From Thermoanaerobaculia bacterium (lineage in GTDB: Bacteria; Acidobacteriota; Thermoanaerobaculia; UBA5066): 64,000 nucleotides of DNA. Every line of letters starts with the position of its first letter. Within the stretch, counting starts at the first letter, position 1. The notes beneath the pieces are model-generated. The model saw nothing but the letters and a program-made list of their open reading frames with translations, was not told the DNA's origin and ran no database searches. The translations under genes and the position numbers were made by a program. The DNA is taken from NCBI GenBank assembly GCA_963816185.1, contig CAWFJJ010000006.1, positions 1,326 to 65,325 of the forward strand, read 5' to 3'. Positions 46,263-56,605 of this stretch are shown one piece after another.

Positions 46263-46743
46263 GGCTAGTCCTCACCAGGATCGCATCCGACTCTCGAATG
46301 GGACGCCGGTGAGCGAGGAAAGCGTTCTCTTGGTGGTTCCACGGCTCAGTCTCGATGGAGATAGCCGCGAGGTTGGAGACCTCGTCTTCACAACCCGGCA
46401 AGTCTTCCTGGTCAAGACGGCCGACAACGCGGTCGCACGAACGTTCGGCCTTATCGAAGCAGCCGCAGCAGCGGCCCAACGCAGCAGAAACTCCTTCCAA
46501 CAGCTTCAGGCTCGGCCTCTCAAGACTCTTCTCGCCATGGCGGAGCCACGCACGCGGTTCGAGTATCGTGAGCTTCAGAGCATCACCGTCAAGCTCGGCG
46601 GCCTCTTTTCCTGCCCCGCCGTCAGGATGATCCCCCACCACGGCCGGCGCCTCAAGCTCTCGGGTAAGCGGTCGACTCTCATACACCTCGCCACCGCCAT
46701 TTCCCTCCTGGCTCGTGTTGGAGCACCTATATCGCTTTCGTAG
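46252..46743 (+). CDS. hypothetical protein (possible bacterial PH-like domain)
   Basis: GTG start overlapping the upstream stop; chosen over the overlapping junk-like minus ORF 46186..46920; weak. Confidence 0.3.
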   Translation: MDHEASPHQDRIRLSNGTPVSEESVLLVVPRLSLDGDSREVGDLVFTTRQVFLVKTADNAVARTFGLIEAAAAAAQRSRNSFQQLQARPLKTLLAMAEPRTRFEYRELQSITVKLGGLFSCPAVRMIPHHGRRLKLSGKRSTLIHLATAISLLARVGAPISLS

Positions 46744-47023
46744 CGTCGCGTCGCCCAACCCCGCGCTCAGGCCTGGGCGCCTGACGCCGGCAAGCTCGCC
46801 GAATGGCCCTCGAAGGCGAGGCGCGCAGCGTCGGCGTGTCGTGATACAGCCTGCAGCAGTCGCTGAGCCAGATTTTGTCTGATGAAAGTGACCGGCAGGC
46901 ATCAAAAACTGGCATCGCAAGCGCTTCTAGCCAAGGCATCGCCCTGGTCCACAACTTGCGTAAAGGGCACGCGACCAGCTCCGGTCCGTCCGGAGTCTAT
47001 TGCCTAACCGATAGGAGGCTTGC

Positions 47024-47218
47024 TTGACGTTCGCTGTTTCGTTGCAGGCTGTTCTGCTCGCGGGAACTTCTTCTGGGCGCGGCACGCGCGTCCGCTATCC
47101 TGGCATCCACGAGGACGCCGAGTACTTTGCTAAGCGCTGGAATCAGGGGAGCGACTTGCTCCACATCAACCAGGATGGGCGCTCGCTGCGTCTTGATGGG
47201 GGGGTGGAAAGTGAGTAG
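47024..47218 (+). CDS. small hypothetical protein (64 aa) in a lower-GC islet
   Basis: TTG start 5 nt after TAGGAGG; MTFAVSLQAVLLAGTSSG.. Confidence 0.3.
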   Translation: MTFAVSLQAVLLAGTSSGRGTRVRYPGIHEDAEYFAKRWNQGSDLLHINQDGRSLRLDGGVESE

Positions 47219-47474
47219 GGTCTATGCTTGTCCTGCCTGCCGTGATTCAGGGTTCCGTTTCGTCGCAGTCCACGATGCGGCCAACACCAACGTCAATTCG
47301 ACAGGATATGTGTTTCGCTGGCAACCATGCAACGCTAATCCGTGCCTCGCTCCCGATGACGAAGAGACACTTTCCGTCCGGAGGAAGAACGAGCCAAGAC
47401 ACGCTCCGAGCGGACTTGAATCAAGCGGCGTCGAGAATCGCTCGACACGTGCCCATCAGATTCCTCGTTCCTAG
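47211..47474 (+). CDS. small zinc-ribbon-like protein (87 aa), coupled to the upstream small gene
   Basis: GTG overlapping the upstream stop; CPAC..(26 aa)..CNANPC Cys pattern. Confidence 0.3.
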   Translation: MSRVYACPACRDSGFRFVAVHDAANTNVNSTGYVFRWQPCNANPCLAPDDEETLSVRRKNEPRHAPSGLESSGVENRSTRAHQIPRS

Positions 47475-47535
47475 CCGCTTTCCCCCGTCCGGTTCAAATA
47501 GCCAGTCGTTCATTCAGTAGGGGTTTTGGCGGTGC

Positions 47536-47736
47536 TCAACTCTTCGGCTTCCAGACCGCCGCGTCAATCGTGGCGAGGATGTGTCCTATCCAGCCGAGGA
47601 GGAGGAACCAAAGAACGCCGGACAGAATGAAGAACCCGAGGGCGGCGAGTACACGCCCCTGAATGAGCTGCCCGAGCCCCGGGATGAAGAAGCTGACGAG
47701 CGCGGCGATCACGTTCCCAGCCGATCCCTGTCCCAT
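47536..47736 (-). CDS. small TM2-domain-like membrane protein (67 aa)
   Basis: MGQGSAGNVIAALVSFFIPGLGQLIQGR..GFFILSGVLWFLLLGWIGHILATIDA resembles the TM2/YccA-like two-helix family. Confidence 0.4.
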   Translation of the reverse strand: MGQGSAGNVIAALVSFFIPGLGQLIQGRVLAALGFFILSGVLWFLLLGWIGHILATIDAAVWKPKS

Positions 47737-47990
47737 GCCGGAATGATACGGCTCGGCGACGAGGCGGTTTTCCCGCGGGTTCTGCAGCCGACGAGCGCGC
47801 CCACACCGCCTTGCCTCGATCATCGGCAGTCCTGTTAACCAGCGAAGCATCGCCCCAGCGGATCTGTTGACCGTTCTCAGCCGCTCTCGACACTTCAGGC
47901 CCCGAATCCACCAAAGAGGCCCTGCTGACAAACACTCGGAACAGGGCCATTCTGGGCTCGCGTCGCGAGGCGCGGCCGCGAAGGAGGACG

Positions 47991-49001
47991 ATGGACAATT
48001 CACGGACGTACCGCGCCGTGATGCTCACGAGGAAAGGCGGCCCGGAGGCGCTAGAGGTGGTGGAGCTGCCTGTCCGCGAGCCGGCCCCAGACGAGCTGCG
48101 TGTGCGCGTACGCGCAGCGGGCGTCGGCTCCACCGACGTCGTCATGCTCAGCGGTTCGTACCCGTACGCGCCGAAGATCCCCTTCGTGCCGGGCTACGAG
48201 GTGGCCGGCGTCGTCGACGCGGTCGGGTCGGGCGTGACGGGCTTCGCGCCCGGACAGCGCGTCGCCGCGCTCACGGTTCACGGCGGCTTCGGCGAGCTCC
48301 TCTATCGCGAGGCGGAGCATTTCCTGCCGATACCCGACGGGGTGTCCGATGTCGAAGCAGCTGCGGTCATCCTCAACTACGTGACCGCCTGGCAGGCGAT
48401 CCACCGCAAGGCCAAGGTCCGCGAAGGAAGGACCGCGCTCGTCACGGCGGCGGCCGGCGGCGTTGGCACGGCGGTACTGCAGCTCTTGCGGCTCGCCGGA
48501 CTGAGGACCTACGGCGCGGCGTCGGCCGGCAAGCACGGCACCGTGCGCGCGCTCGGCGCCACGCCGATCGACTACCGCGCCGGGCGCCTCGACCGCCTCG
48601 TTCGCGCATTCGAGCCACAGGGCGTCGACTACGTCTTCGACGGCGTGGGCGGAAGCGGCCTAAGCGCGTGCATCGGCGCGCTCCGCCGCGACGGCACGCT
48701 GGTCGGCTATGGTTTCATGGCAACCCGAGGACCGGTCGAAACCGTAGCAATGTTCGCGCGGATCTTCGTCGGCGCGCGCCTTCGTGGGCGGCGCGGAGCC
48801 TTCTACGGCATCACCATGCTCTACCGCAAAGACCCGCAGCCTCTGCGCGAGGACCTGCCCAAGATCTTCACGCTTCTCACCGAGAAGAAGATCGACCCGC
48901 TGGTGACGCGCCGCTTCCCGCTGCTCGGAGCGCGCCAGGCGATCGAGCTGCTGGCCGCCGGCAGCGTAGAGGGCAAGATCGTGCTCGAGAACCCGGGATG
49001 A
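47991..49001 (+). CDS. zinc-type alcohol dehydrogenase-like quinone oxidoreductase (MDR superfamily)
   Basis: GroES-like N-terminus; PFVPGYEVAGVV; Rossmann AAAGGVGTAVLQL. Confidence 0.8.
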   Translation: MDNSRTYRAVMLTRKGGPEALEVVELPVREPAPDELRVRVRAAGVGSTDVVMLSGSYPYAPKIPFVPGYEVAGVVDAVGSGVTGFAPGQRVAALTVHGGFGELLYREAEHFLPIPDGVSDVEAAAVILNYVTAWQAIHRKAKVREGRTALVTAAAGGVGTAVLQLLRLAGLRTYGAASAGKHGTVRALGATPIDYRAGRLDRLVRAFEPQGVDYVFDGVGGSGLSACIGALRRDGTLVGYGFMATRGPVETVAMFARIFVGARLRGRRGAFYGITMLYRKDPQPLREDLPKIFTLLTEKKIDPLVTRRFPLLGARQAIELLAAGSVEGKIVLENPG

Positions 49002-49183
49002 GCGCCGGTGAGCCCGCTCAATAGGCGGTACGGCCAAGCCTCTCGTTGTCGCGTCAGTCGTGCTTGCTGCCGAGCTCTGCGAACCGGAATCTCTGATGAG
49101 ACATTCAGCTTCAACCCGCTCTCAACGGATAACCGAAGGCAGCTCTGTGTCTTACAGATCGTCGACCGATAGGACCGAACACT

Positions 49184-49355
49184 GCCCCGGGGATTGACTT
49201 TTGCCGCGCCCAGCACCACGTTGAGACGAAGACGATGTTGAGGCGTTGACCTGCCGGGCCCTTCGTGGCCACCCATGCCCGTCAGCGAGCCACTAGTGAA
49301 ACCGGCAACGTCTCGTTGCCGGTTCTTGCTTTCTCCGACGGTTTGAGGGGGCCCT
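49184..49355 (+). repeat. ~170-bp repeat, copy A (copy B at 63427..63595, ~90% identity); ends in an intrinsic terminator
   Basis: GCCCCGGGGATTGACTTTTGCCG..GTTGAGGCGTTGACCTGCCGGGCCCTTCGTGG.CACC.A.GCCCGTCAGCGAGCCACTAGTGAAACCGGCAACGTC..TGCTTTCTCCGACGG shared by both copies. Confidence 0.75.
49303..49336 (+). terminator. rho-independent terminator inside repeat A (CCGGCAACG-tct-CGTTGCCGG + TTCTTGCTTTCTCC)
   Basis: 9-bp perfect stem, 3-nt loop, T-rich tail. Confidence 0.55.
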
Positions 49356-49447
49356 CGTATCTCTCAACCCTCTCAAACTCCTGGCCACACAGCTTCTCGC
49401 CCTTCTCCATCTTCTGCTCGTGGGATTTCCCCCAAGGAGGTTTCTCG

Positions 49448-51634
49448 ATGAGTATAGGAATACTTCGATCCACCTTTCTGCTCGGTGTCGCGGCTCTGTT
49501 GACCGCGGCCGAGCTCGCAGCGGACCAGGCGGTCATCGTGCGGACGATGAAACCGTACGGCGCGGTCAAGCAGAAGATTGCCGCCCTCGGCGGGACCGTG
49601 ACATACGAGTTCAAGAATGCGAACGGTCTGGCGGTGAGCATTCCCGACAACAAGCTCGACGCGTTGAACCTGACCGACGGAGTCCTTTACACCGTGCGCG
49701 ATGAAACCGTGCCTGCCCCGAAGCCCAAGCTGATCGTCGACGTCACAGGCGACGTTCAGTCGGACCTGGGCTCGGATGCGGCACCGGCGAACTACTACCC
49801 CTACAACAGCGATCTGACCGATGCGCTGCCGCTGCAGACGGCGGGAATTCTCGGGCAGGGGGTCGTGGTCGGAGTCATCGACACGGGCACCTCTCGCTCG
49901 GCGACGGCTCTCTGCACGGGCGCCTGCGCGACGGGGACACGCGTCCTCGGCGGCGAGAGCTTCGTCCCGGGCGAGCCGGACGCCACGGCCCCCACAAACG
50001 GCGCTCACGGAACCTGGGTCGCCTGCATGATCGGCGCGAATCGCACGTTCGGGTTCGCCAGCACCAGCGCGCTCGCGATCGCTGTCCGCACGTACTGCAC
50101 ACCGGCGGCTTCCTCCCCCTGCTCGTTCACGGCGGCTCCGGGTGTCGATGGGATCCCGATGGTCGGCCAGGCTCCCGCAGTGCAATTCTTTGCCCTGAAG
50201 GTCTTCCCGGCGTCGGGAGCCGGAGCGCCGACCAGCCGCATCATGGCGGCCATGGATCGCGCGATCGATCTGAAGAACTCCACCCAGCCGAATATGAAGG
50301 TCGTCAACATGAGCCTGGGCGGGCCGACGCTTCTTGCGGGCGGAGACATCGAAGATGAGCTCGCGACTTCCATGGCCAACTCAGGCATCACCCTCGCCGT
50401 CTCGGCAGGCAACGCGGGGCCGAGCGGCATGACGGTCGGAAGCCCCGGTACGGCGCACGGCATCCTGACGGTGGGCGCGGCCTCGAGCCCCGTCCATGAG
50501 CGCATCCTGCGAGACCTACAGTACGGGGCCGGCGTCGGGCCGCTCTATCGCCCGGACAACAACCAGCAGATGGCCTACTTCAGCTCGCGCGGCCCCGACG
50601 CGGATGGCCGCATCGATCCGGAGGTCGTCGCCAACGGCTTCGCCTCCTACGCCCAGGGCGCCGACGGCTCGATCTCCCTGGTCTCCGGAACTTCCTTCTC
50701 CGCGCCGACCATCTCCGGCGTCGCGGCCCTCCTCTACAGCGCGAAGCCGTCGGCGACGCCGGCGCAAATCCGCTCCGCGATCGTCGGCTCGGCGCGTTCG
50801 ACAGTCATTCCGACCGCGACCGCTGTCGATCAGGGCCACGGCTACGTCGACGCGGCTGCTGCGGAGACGCTTCTGAATACGAATCCCGGCCCGATCGCCG
50901 ACACCGGTCCCGCAAAGAAGAAGGTGACGCAGAATGTCCAGGAGGGCGCCGGCATTCAGCCGATCAACAGCTCCTCGTTCACCACGCACGTTGCCGATCT
51001 GCGGCCCGCGGAGCGCCGCGAGTACTACTACGTCGTCAGCAAGAACACGGCCCAAGTCCGCGTTACCCTCTCCAACGTGACGCCGGCGCTCCCGGCCTCA
51101 CAGCAGAACGCGTTGTTCGGCGACGACCTCCTCTTTGCCGTCCACTCCGCCAAGACCTCGGCGATCGGCGAAGGGGACTACCTCGCCTTCGATTTCGTCA
51201 ACGGCGCGAGATCCTTCGTTTTCGACCGGCCGGAAAACGGCGTCATGCGCGTCACCGTCAACGGAGACTGGACCAACGCCGGGAAGATCGCGACCGACCT
51301 CGCGATCGAGGAAGTCACGGCGCCCCGCTCCAAGAAAGACTTCAAGGGGAAGATCTCGCAGGGCGAGCTCGTCACGCAGACAGTCGACATCCCGGCGGGA
51401 ACCGCGTCCGTCACGTTCAGCCTCTCCTGGGACAACGACTGGAGCAGCTACCCAACCAACGATCTCGATCTGTACCTCGTGTCTCCCGGCGGCGTCCTGA
51501 ACACCAGCGGTGCGACGTTGAACAGCCCGGAAGTCGTCACGATCACGAACCCGCTGCCGGGCACCTGGACGATCTTCGCCGACGGGTTCACGATCTTCGG
51601 CAAGGATGACAAGTACGAAATCCGGATCGACTAA
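49448..51634 (+). CDS. S8-family subtilisin-like serine peptidase, secreted, with C-terminal pre-peptidase / beta-sandwich domains
   Basis: RBS AAGGAGG then ATG 49448; signal peptide; catalytic triad contexts VIDTG (Asp), HGTWVA (His), GTSFSAP (Ser). Confidence 0.85.
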   Translation: MSIGILRSTFLLGVAALLTAAELAADQAVIVRTMKPYGAVKQKIAALGGTVTYEFKNANGLAVSIPDNKLDALNLTDGVLYTVRDETVPAPKPKLIVDVTGDVQSDLGSDAAPANYYPYNSDLTDALPLQTAGILGQGVVVGVIDTGTSRSATALCTGACATGTRVLGGESFVPGEPDATAPTNGAHGTWVACMIGANRTFGFASTSALAIAVRTYCTPAASSPCSFTAAPGVDGIPMVGQAPAVQFFALKVFPASGAGAPTSRIMAAMDRAIDLKNSTQPNMKVVNMSLGGPTLLAGGDIEDELATSMANSGITLAVSAGNAGPSGMTVGSPGTAHGILTVGAASSPVHERILRDLQYGAGVGPLYRPDNNQQMAYFSSRGPDADGRIDPEVVANGFASYAQGADGSISLVSGTSFSAPTISGVAALLYSAKPSATPAQIRSAIVGSARSTVIPTATAVDQGHGYVDAAAAETLLNTNPGPIADTGPAKKKVTQNVQEGAGIQPINSSSFTTHVADLRPAERREYYYVVSKNTAQVRVTLSNVTPALPASQQNALFGDDLLFAVHSAKTSAIGEGDYLAFDFVNGARSFVFDRPENGVMRVTVNGDWTNAGKIATDLAIEEVTAPRSKKDFKGKISQGELVTQTVDIPAGTASVTFSLSWDNDWSSYPTNDLDLYLVSPGGVLNTSGATLNSPEVVTITNPLPGTWTIFADGFTIFGKDDKYEIRID

Positions 51635-51948
51635 TTTCTGGCTTCACTGATATCGAGAGGCCGCCCGAGAGGGCGGCCTCTCTTTCTAGGCTCCTCGCGC
51701 TTGGCCCGAAGGGTTGCCTCCTGAGATGTCCGTCGCTTTCACCTGCCGCTAGCCTGAACATGGCCCGAGAAAGCGCGCCGGCGACGAAAACGCGGCGGCT
51801 TTCCCAGAATCCCACGCGGAAAGTGAACCGCTCGTGATCTCCGACACTCTCGCTGCGTTCAATGTGGTGAGACGCTGGGAAGCGTCCGCCATTTCGGGCG
51901 GACACGCGTCGCGGCCGCCCCTTGCGACGCATTGAGAGGAGCAACTCG

Positions 51949-53004
51949 ATGAGAACACCGGCGTCCGTACGTTTCGTCACACCCCTCGCTTTGACCCTCG
52001 CGTTTGCCGCCGCCGCGGCGAGGGCCGACGTCGTGATCCCGTCGACTGTCTACCGCCGCGGCGCCGGCGGCGCCGAGTTCCGGAGCGACGTCCGGGTCTT
52101 AAACCCGACCGCCTCGCCGATCAACTACACGCCCGTCCTCTACGACCAGGTCTCCGGCCAGACGCTCACGGCTCCCCTTCAGACGATCCCCGCACGGACA
52201 CAACAGTCCTTCGACAACATCGTCGGGACGCTCTTCGGCAAGACGCTCGTGGACGGTGCGTTCGGGCCGATCCGTTTCCAGACGTCCGGCGCCATCCTCG
52301 TCTCGTCCTCCGTCAACAACTACAACGCCTGCGGCAACGGCGCGATCTCCGGCCAGTGGCTGCCCGGACTCGACGCGACGGCCGCCGTGAAGGCCGGGAC
52401 GCTTGTTCAACTGGCCTCGAGCGTGGACCTGAACAGCGGGTACCGGACGAACGTCGTCTTCACGAATCCCGGCACGCAGCCCGCGATCGTCACGGCGAAG
52501 GTGCGGAAGGGCGACGGTTCGCAGGTCTCGAGCGCGACGCTCGACCCGCTCGGGGCGAACGGGTTCGTCCAGATCGGCAACTGGGGCTCGTTCCCGGGCG
52601 TCGCGGGCACCGCAGACACGAATCTCTGGCTCGAGTTCACGAGCGACCAGCCCGTCCTCGCCTTCGCGTCCGTCATCAACAACGCGTCCGGAGATCCGTT
52701 CGCGATTGTCATGACGGCCGAGCCGAACGTCTCGTCGCCGGCTCCCGTCGCCTCCTATACCGTCTCCGACAGCCCCACGACGGGCCAGCTGGTCACGTTC
52801 ACCGACACGTCCTCGAATTCCCCCGTGAATCGGTTCTGGGCGTTCGGCGACGGCACGGTCAGCACGACGACGACCAGCACCACGACGCATACATACTCGA
52901 CGTCAGGGACGTACCACTCGGCGTTCTTCGTCGAAAATGCGAGCGGCTCGAGCAGCGCGACCAAGGACGTCGTCGTGGTGGGCAAACCCCCGGTGGGGTA
53001 CTGA
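51949..53004 (+). CDS. secreted protein with C-terminal PKD domain
   Basis: RBS GAGAGGA then ATG 51949; signal; C-terminal FTDTSSNSPVNRFWAFGDGTVS..HTYSTSGTYH PKD signature. Confidence 0.6.
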   Translation: MRTPASVRFVTPLALTLAFAAAAARADVVIPSTVYRRGAGGAEFRSDVRVLNPTASPINYTPVLYDQVSGQTLTAPLQTIPARTQQSFDNIVGTLFGKTLVDGAFGPIRFQTSGAILVSSSVNNYNACGNGAISGQWLPGLDATAAVKAGTLVQLASSVDLNSGYRTNVVFTNPGTQPAIVTAKVRKGDGSQVSSATLDPLGANGFVQIGNWGSFPGVAGTADTNLWLEFTSDQPVLAFASVINNASGDPFAIVMTAEPNVSSPAPVASYTVSDSPTTGQLVTFTDTSSNSPVNRFWAFGDGTVSTTTTSTTTHTYSTSGTYHSAFFVENASGSSSATKDVVVVGKPPVGY

Positions 53005-53092
53005 TTCACTGGAAGAAGGTAGATCTCCGGAAAGCCGAACTCCCGCGGGAATAGAATCGCAGCCGCTCTTCGTCTCCGGAGGTTTCACGCCG

Positions 53093-55663
53093 ATGCTCGC
53101 CCCGGGGACCCGGCTGGGCCCGTACGAGATTCTCTCTCCGCTCGGGGCCGGCGGAATGGGGGAAGTCTACCGGGCAGTCGACGAGCGGCTGAAGCGCGAG
53201 GTCGCCGTGAAGGTGCTGTCGCGTTTCGGCAGCCACGACCCGGAGCGTCTGAAGCGCTTCGAGCAGGAGGCGCGCGCCGCCTCGGCGCTCTCCCACCCAA
53301 ACATCCTGACGATCTTCGATGTCGGCGAAAACGAAGGCGTCCCGTTCGTCGTGTCGGAGCTCCTCGAGGGCGAGACGCTGAGGGAGCGTCTCGCCCGGGG
53401 ACCGCTCCCGTCACGGAAGGTCGTCGAGCTCGCCCGGGAACTGGCGCGCGGCCTCGCCGCCGCGCACGAGGCCGGCATCGTGCACCGCGATCTGAAGCCG
53501 GAAAACGTCTTCCTGACAAAGGATGGGAGGCTGAAGATCCTCGACTTCGGCCTCGCGAAGATCGTCTCGGGGTCCGAGGGCCGGAAGGCCGCCCCTGAGG
53601 CGACGACGATGACGGTCCTGACGGATTCCGGCTTCGTCGTGGGGACGGCGGGTTACATGTCGCCGGAGCAGGTGCGGGGCTTGCCCGTGGATCACAGGTC
53701 GGACATCTTTTCGTTCGGCTCGATCCTCTACGAGATGCTGACGGCACGGCGTGCGTTCCAAGGCGCGTCGGCCGTCGAGACGATGAACGCCGTTCTCACG
53801 ACGGACCCGCCCGAGCTCGCGGGAATTTCGGCGGTCATGCCGCCGGGTCTCGAGAGAATCCTTCGGCACTGTCTCGAGAAGGAGCGGGACGACCGCTTCC
53901 AGTCGACGCGCGACCTCGCGTTCCACCTCGACGCGCTCTCGTCGATCTCGTCGGCTGCCCTTCCGGTTCCCGCCGTACCCGCGGTGCCGCGGCGACGGCC
54001 GCTTCTCCTCGCCGGCGCGGGCGTCCTCGCGGCAGCCGTCGTGGCGGGTGCGGTCTGGCTTCTTGCGACGCTGAATACGGTGGAGCCGGCCCGGTACCGC
54101 CAGCTCACGTTCCGACGGGGAACGATCCTGACGGCGCGCTTCGCGAAGGACGGCGAGTCGATCGTCTACGGCGCCGCCTGGGATGGCGAGCCGTTCCGCG
54201 TCTTCTCCATGCGCGCGGGGAGTCCCGAGTCGGCGGCGGTCGCGCTTCCGCCCGCCGACGTCCTCTCGATTTCGGCGTCCGAGGAGCTCGCCCTCGCGCT
54301 GAACCAGCGCTTCGCGTTCGGATGGATCACCTCCGGGACGCTCGCTCGGGTGCCGTTCGCGGGCGGGGCGCCGCGGGAGCTCCTCGAGCGCGTGCAGGAG
54401 GCTGACTGGGCGCCGGACGGGAGCCTTGCCATCGTCCGGCGGGTCGAAGGACGGACGCGGCTCGAATGTCCGCAGGGACGCGTCCTGTTCGAGACGCCGA
54501 GCTGGGTCAGCCACCCGCGCGTCTCGCCCGACGGCAGCCGGATCGCGTTCCTCGACCATCCGGTCTACGCCGACGACCACGGCGCCGTGACCGTCGTCCG
54601 CGCCGGCGAGGCGCCGCGCCGTCTGACGCTCGTCTACGCCTCTGCGCAGGGGATCTCCTGGACCCCGAACGGCCGCGAGATCTGGTTCTCGGCCTCCGAG
54701 AAGGGAGCGAATACGGCGCTCCTTGCGGTCACCCCCGCGGGCCGGGTCCGGACGGTGGTCCGGGCTCTCGGGCGTCTGCGGCTCCTCGACATCTCCCGCG
54801 CGGGGCGAGTCCTCGTCACCCGGGAAAGCTCGGTCGCCAGCGTCTTCGTCCGCGGACCCGGGGGCCGCGAGGAACGTGATCTCTCGTGGCTCGACCGCTC
54901 CACCGCCGAGGACCTTTCGGCCGACGGTACGAAGCTGCTCCTCAACGAGGAAGGGGAAGGGGCCGGCGCCTCGTCGAGCGTCTACCTCCGCGGGACCGAC
55001 GGCTCCCCGGCCGTGCGGCTCGGCGAAGGGGTCGGCACGTCGCTCTCCGCCGACGGGAAATGGGCGGTCGCCATCAACTACGGCTCACCGCCCCAGCTCT
55101 GGCTCCTTCCCACCGGACCCGGAGAGCCGAGGCTCGTTCCCCGGGGGCCGATGGAGCAATACCACTGGGCGCGCGTGCTCCCCGACGGGCGGCGCGTTTT
55201 GATCTCGGGCAATGAGAAGGGTGGAGGCGTCCGGCTCTTCGTCCAGGAGATCACCGGGGCAACCGCGCGTCCGATCACGCCGGAAGGAACCGGCTACCTC
55301 CTGCCCCCGTCGCCGGACGGCAGGTTCGTCCCGTCGGCCGATCCGGAAGGACGGGTGAATCTCTACCCGGTCGACGGCGGCGAGCCCCGGCCGCTTCCCG
55401 GCATCGCGCGCGGGGACGAGGTCCTTCTCTGGAAGGCCGACGGCCGCTCGTTGCTCGTCCGGCGTGGGCTCAGCATGCCCGTCCGCATCGACCGCGTCGA
55501 CGTCGCCACGGGCAAGGCAGAACTCTGGCGCGAGATCGCTCCGGCCGACCGGACAGGGATGACCGAGGTCCCTTCGATCCGGGTTTCGGCGGACGAAAGC
55601 ACGTTCACGTATACGGTGCATCGGCTTCTCTCCGAGCTCTACGTCGCCGACGGGTTACGCTGA
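53093..55663 (+). CDS. Ser/Thr protein kinase fused to TolB-like beta-propeller (paralog of 37729..40425)
   Basis: GAGGMGEVYRA, HRDLKPENV, DFGLAK; TM; C-terminal PD40-like repeats. Confidence 0.85.
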   Translation: MLAPGTRLGPYEILSPLGAGGMGEVYRAVDERLKREVAVKVLSRFGSHDPERLKRFEQEARAASALSHPNILTIFDVGENEGVPFVVSELLEGETLRERLARGPLPSRKVVELARELARGLAAAHEAGIVHRDLKPENVFLTKDGRLKILDFGLAKIVSGSEGRKAAPEATTMTVLTDSGFVVGTAGYMSPEQVRGLPVDHRSDIFSFGSILYEMLTARRAFQGASAVETMNAVLTTDPPELAGISAVMPPGLERILRHCLEKERDDRFQSTRDLAFHLDALSSISSAALPVPAVPAVPRRRPLLLAGAGVLAAAVVAGAVWLLATLNTVEPARYRQLTFRRGTILTARFAKDGESIVYGAAWDGEPFRVFSMRAGSPESAAVALPPADVLSISASEELALALNQRFAFGWITSGTLARVPFAGGAPRELLERVQEADWAPDGSLAIVRRVEGRTRLECPQGRVLFETPSWVSHPRVSPDGSRIAFLDHPVYADDHGAVTVVRAGEAPRRLTLVYASAQGISWTPNGREIWFSASEKGANTALLAVTPAGRVRTVVRALGRLRLLDISRAGRVLVTRESSVASVFVRGPGGREERDLSWLDRSTAEDLSADGTKLLLNEEGEGAGASSSVYLRGTDGSPAVRLGEGVGTSLSADGKWAVAINYGSPPQLWLLPTGPGEPRLVPRGPMEQYHWARVLPDGRRVLISGNEKGGGVRLFVQEITGATARPITPEGTGYLLPPSPDGRFVPSADPEGRVNLYPVDGGEPRPLPGIARGDEVLLWKADGRSLLVRRGLSMPVRIDRVDVATGKAELWREIAPADRTGMTEVPSIRVSADESTFTYTVHRLLSELYVADGLR

Positions 55664-55758
55664 TTGCGCCCACCTGTGACGCAGATCAACTCTGGAGACG
55701 AGGCGATGGAGCTAGCATCGCGGCCGGGAGCCGGCCCAGCAGCGGCGCCGAAACATCG

Positions 55759-56463
55759 ATGCAGAGTGCGGAACAGGTTGCACGGATACGCTCGATCTTC
55801 GGGGGCACCGCTTCTGTCTACGACGAAATCGTGGACGCGGCGACGCAGGGTGAGGATCGCTACTGGAAAGAGCGGGTGCTGGAGAAACTGGACCAGCCAC
55901 GGCGTGTCCTCGACCTCGCCTGCGGGACCGGAATTCTCGCCTTCATGATCAGGGACCGCTTTCCCGCCACGCGGGTGGTCGGCCTCGACATCTCGGAGGA
56001 GTACCTCGACCGCGCTCGGGCGCGCGCCCACGGGCGGCGCGACGACGGCGTCGAGTTCGTGTGCGGGGCCGCCGAGGAGCTGGACGTCCCGAAGGCCTTC
56101 GACGCCATCACCTCGTGCTACCTCCCGAAATACGCGAACCTGCCGCTCCTCGCGAGCCGCCTCGGAGAAAAGCTCGAGAGAGGAGCGCGCCTCGTGATGC
56201 AGGACTTCGACTACCCCGAGCGCGCGGAGGTTCAGGCCGTCTGGGAGGCCCGCTTCGAATCGCTTCGCCGCTGGGCGCACGCGTCGCGGCCCGAGGCCGA
56301 GCGCATGATGACCGTGCTTCCCGGGATCATCCGGGAGTCACGGTGGAGTCGCAACCTGCCGGAACTGCTCGTTCGGGAGGGTTTCACCGACGTGACGCTC
56401 GAGCGGCTGAGTCTTGGAACGTCCTCGATCGTGTCGGCACGATGGAAACTTCCGGTCCAGTAG
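55759..56463 (+). CDS. class I SAM-dependent methyltransferase
   Basis: VLDLACGTGILA motif I; 234 aa. Confidence 0.75.
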   Translation: MQSAEQVARIRSIFGGTASVYDEIVDAATQGEDRYWKERVLEKLDQPRRVLDLACGTGILAFMIRDRFPATRVVGLDISEEYLDRARARAHGRRDDGVEFVCGAAEELDVPKAFDAITSCYLPKYANLPLLASRLGEKLERGARLVMQDFDYPERAEVQAVWEARFESLRRWAHASRPEAERMMTVLPGIIRESRWSRNLPELLVREGFTDVTLERLSLGTSSIVSARWKLPVQ

Positions 56464-56605
56464 CCTCTCCCTAAGGCAAGAAAGTCGCTCGGAAGCTCTT
56501 CGACGAAACCCTAAACAAGGGTGAGTGGGACACCTACCTCGCCACCCACGCCCCGGCGTTTCAGGCGCACTCCCTTGACAGAATCCGAGTCGCAATCGAG
56601 ACTGA

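Noticed and set aside
46186-46920. 244-aa minus-strand ORF overlapping the + strand ORFs at 45990 and 46252
   Set aside because: Junk-like composition (RRRCAPRLRGP..); the + strand ORFs have a better start context, though all three are low confidence.
49195-49240. Assigning a sigma-70 promoter (TTGACT .. -10) inside the 170-bp repeat
   Set aside because: No convincing -10 hexamer at 16-18 bp spacing could be identified by eye; left as a hypothesis within the repeat finding.
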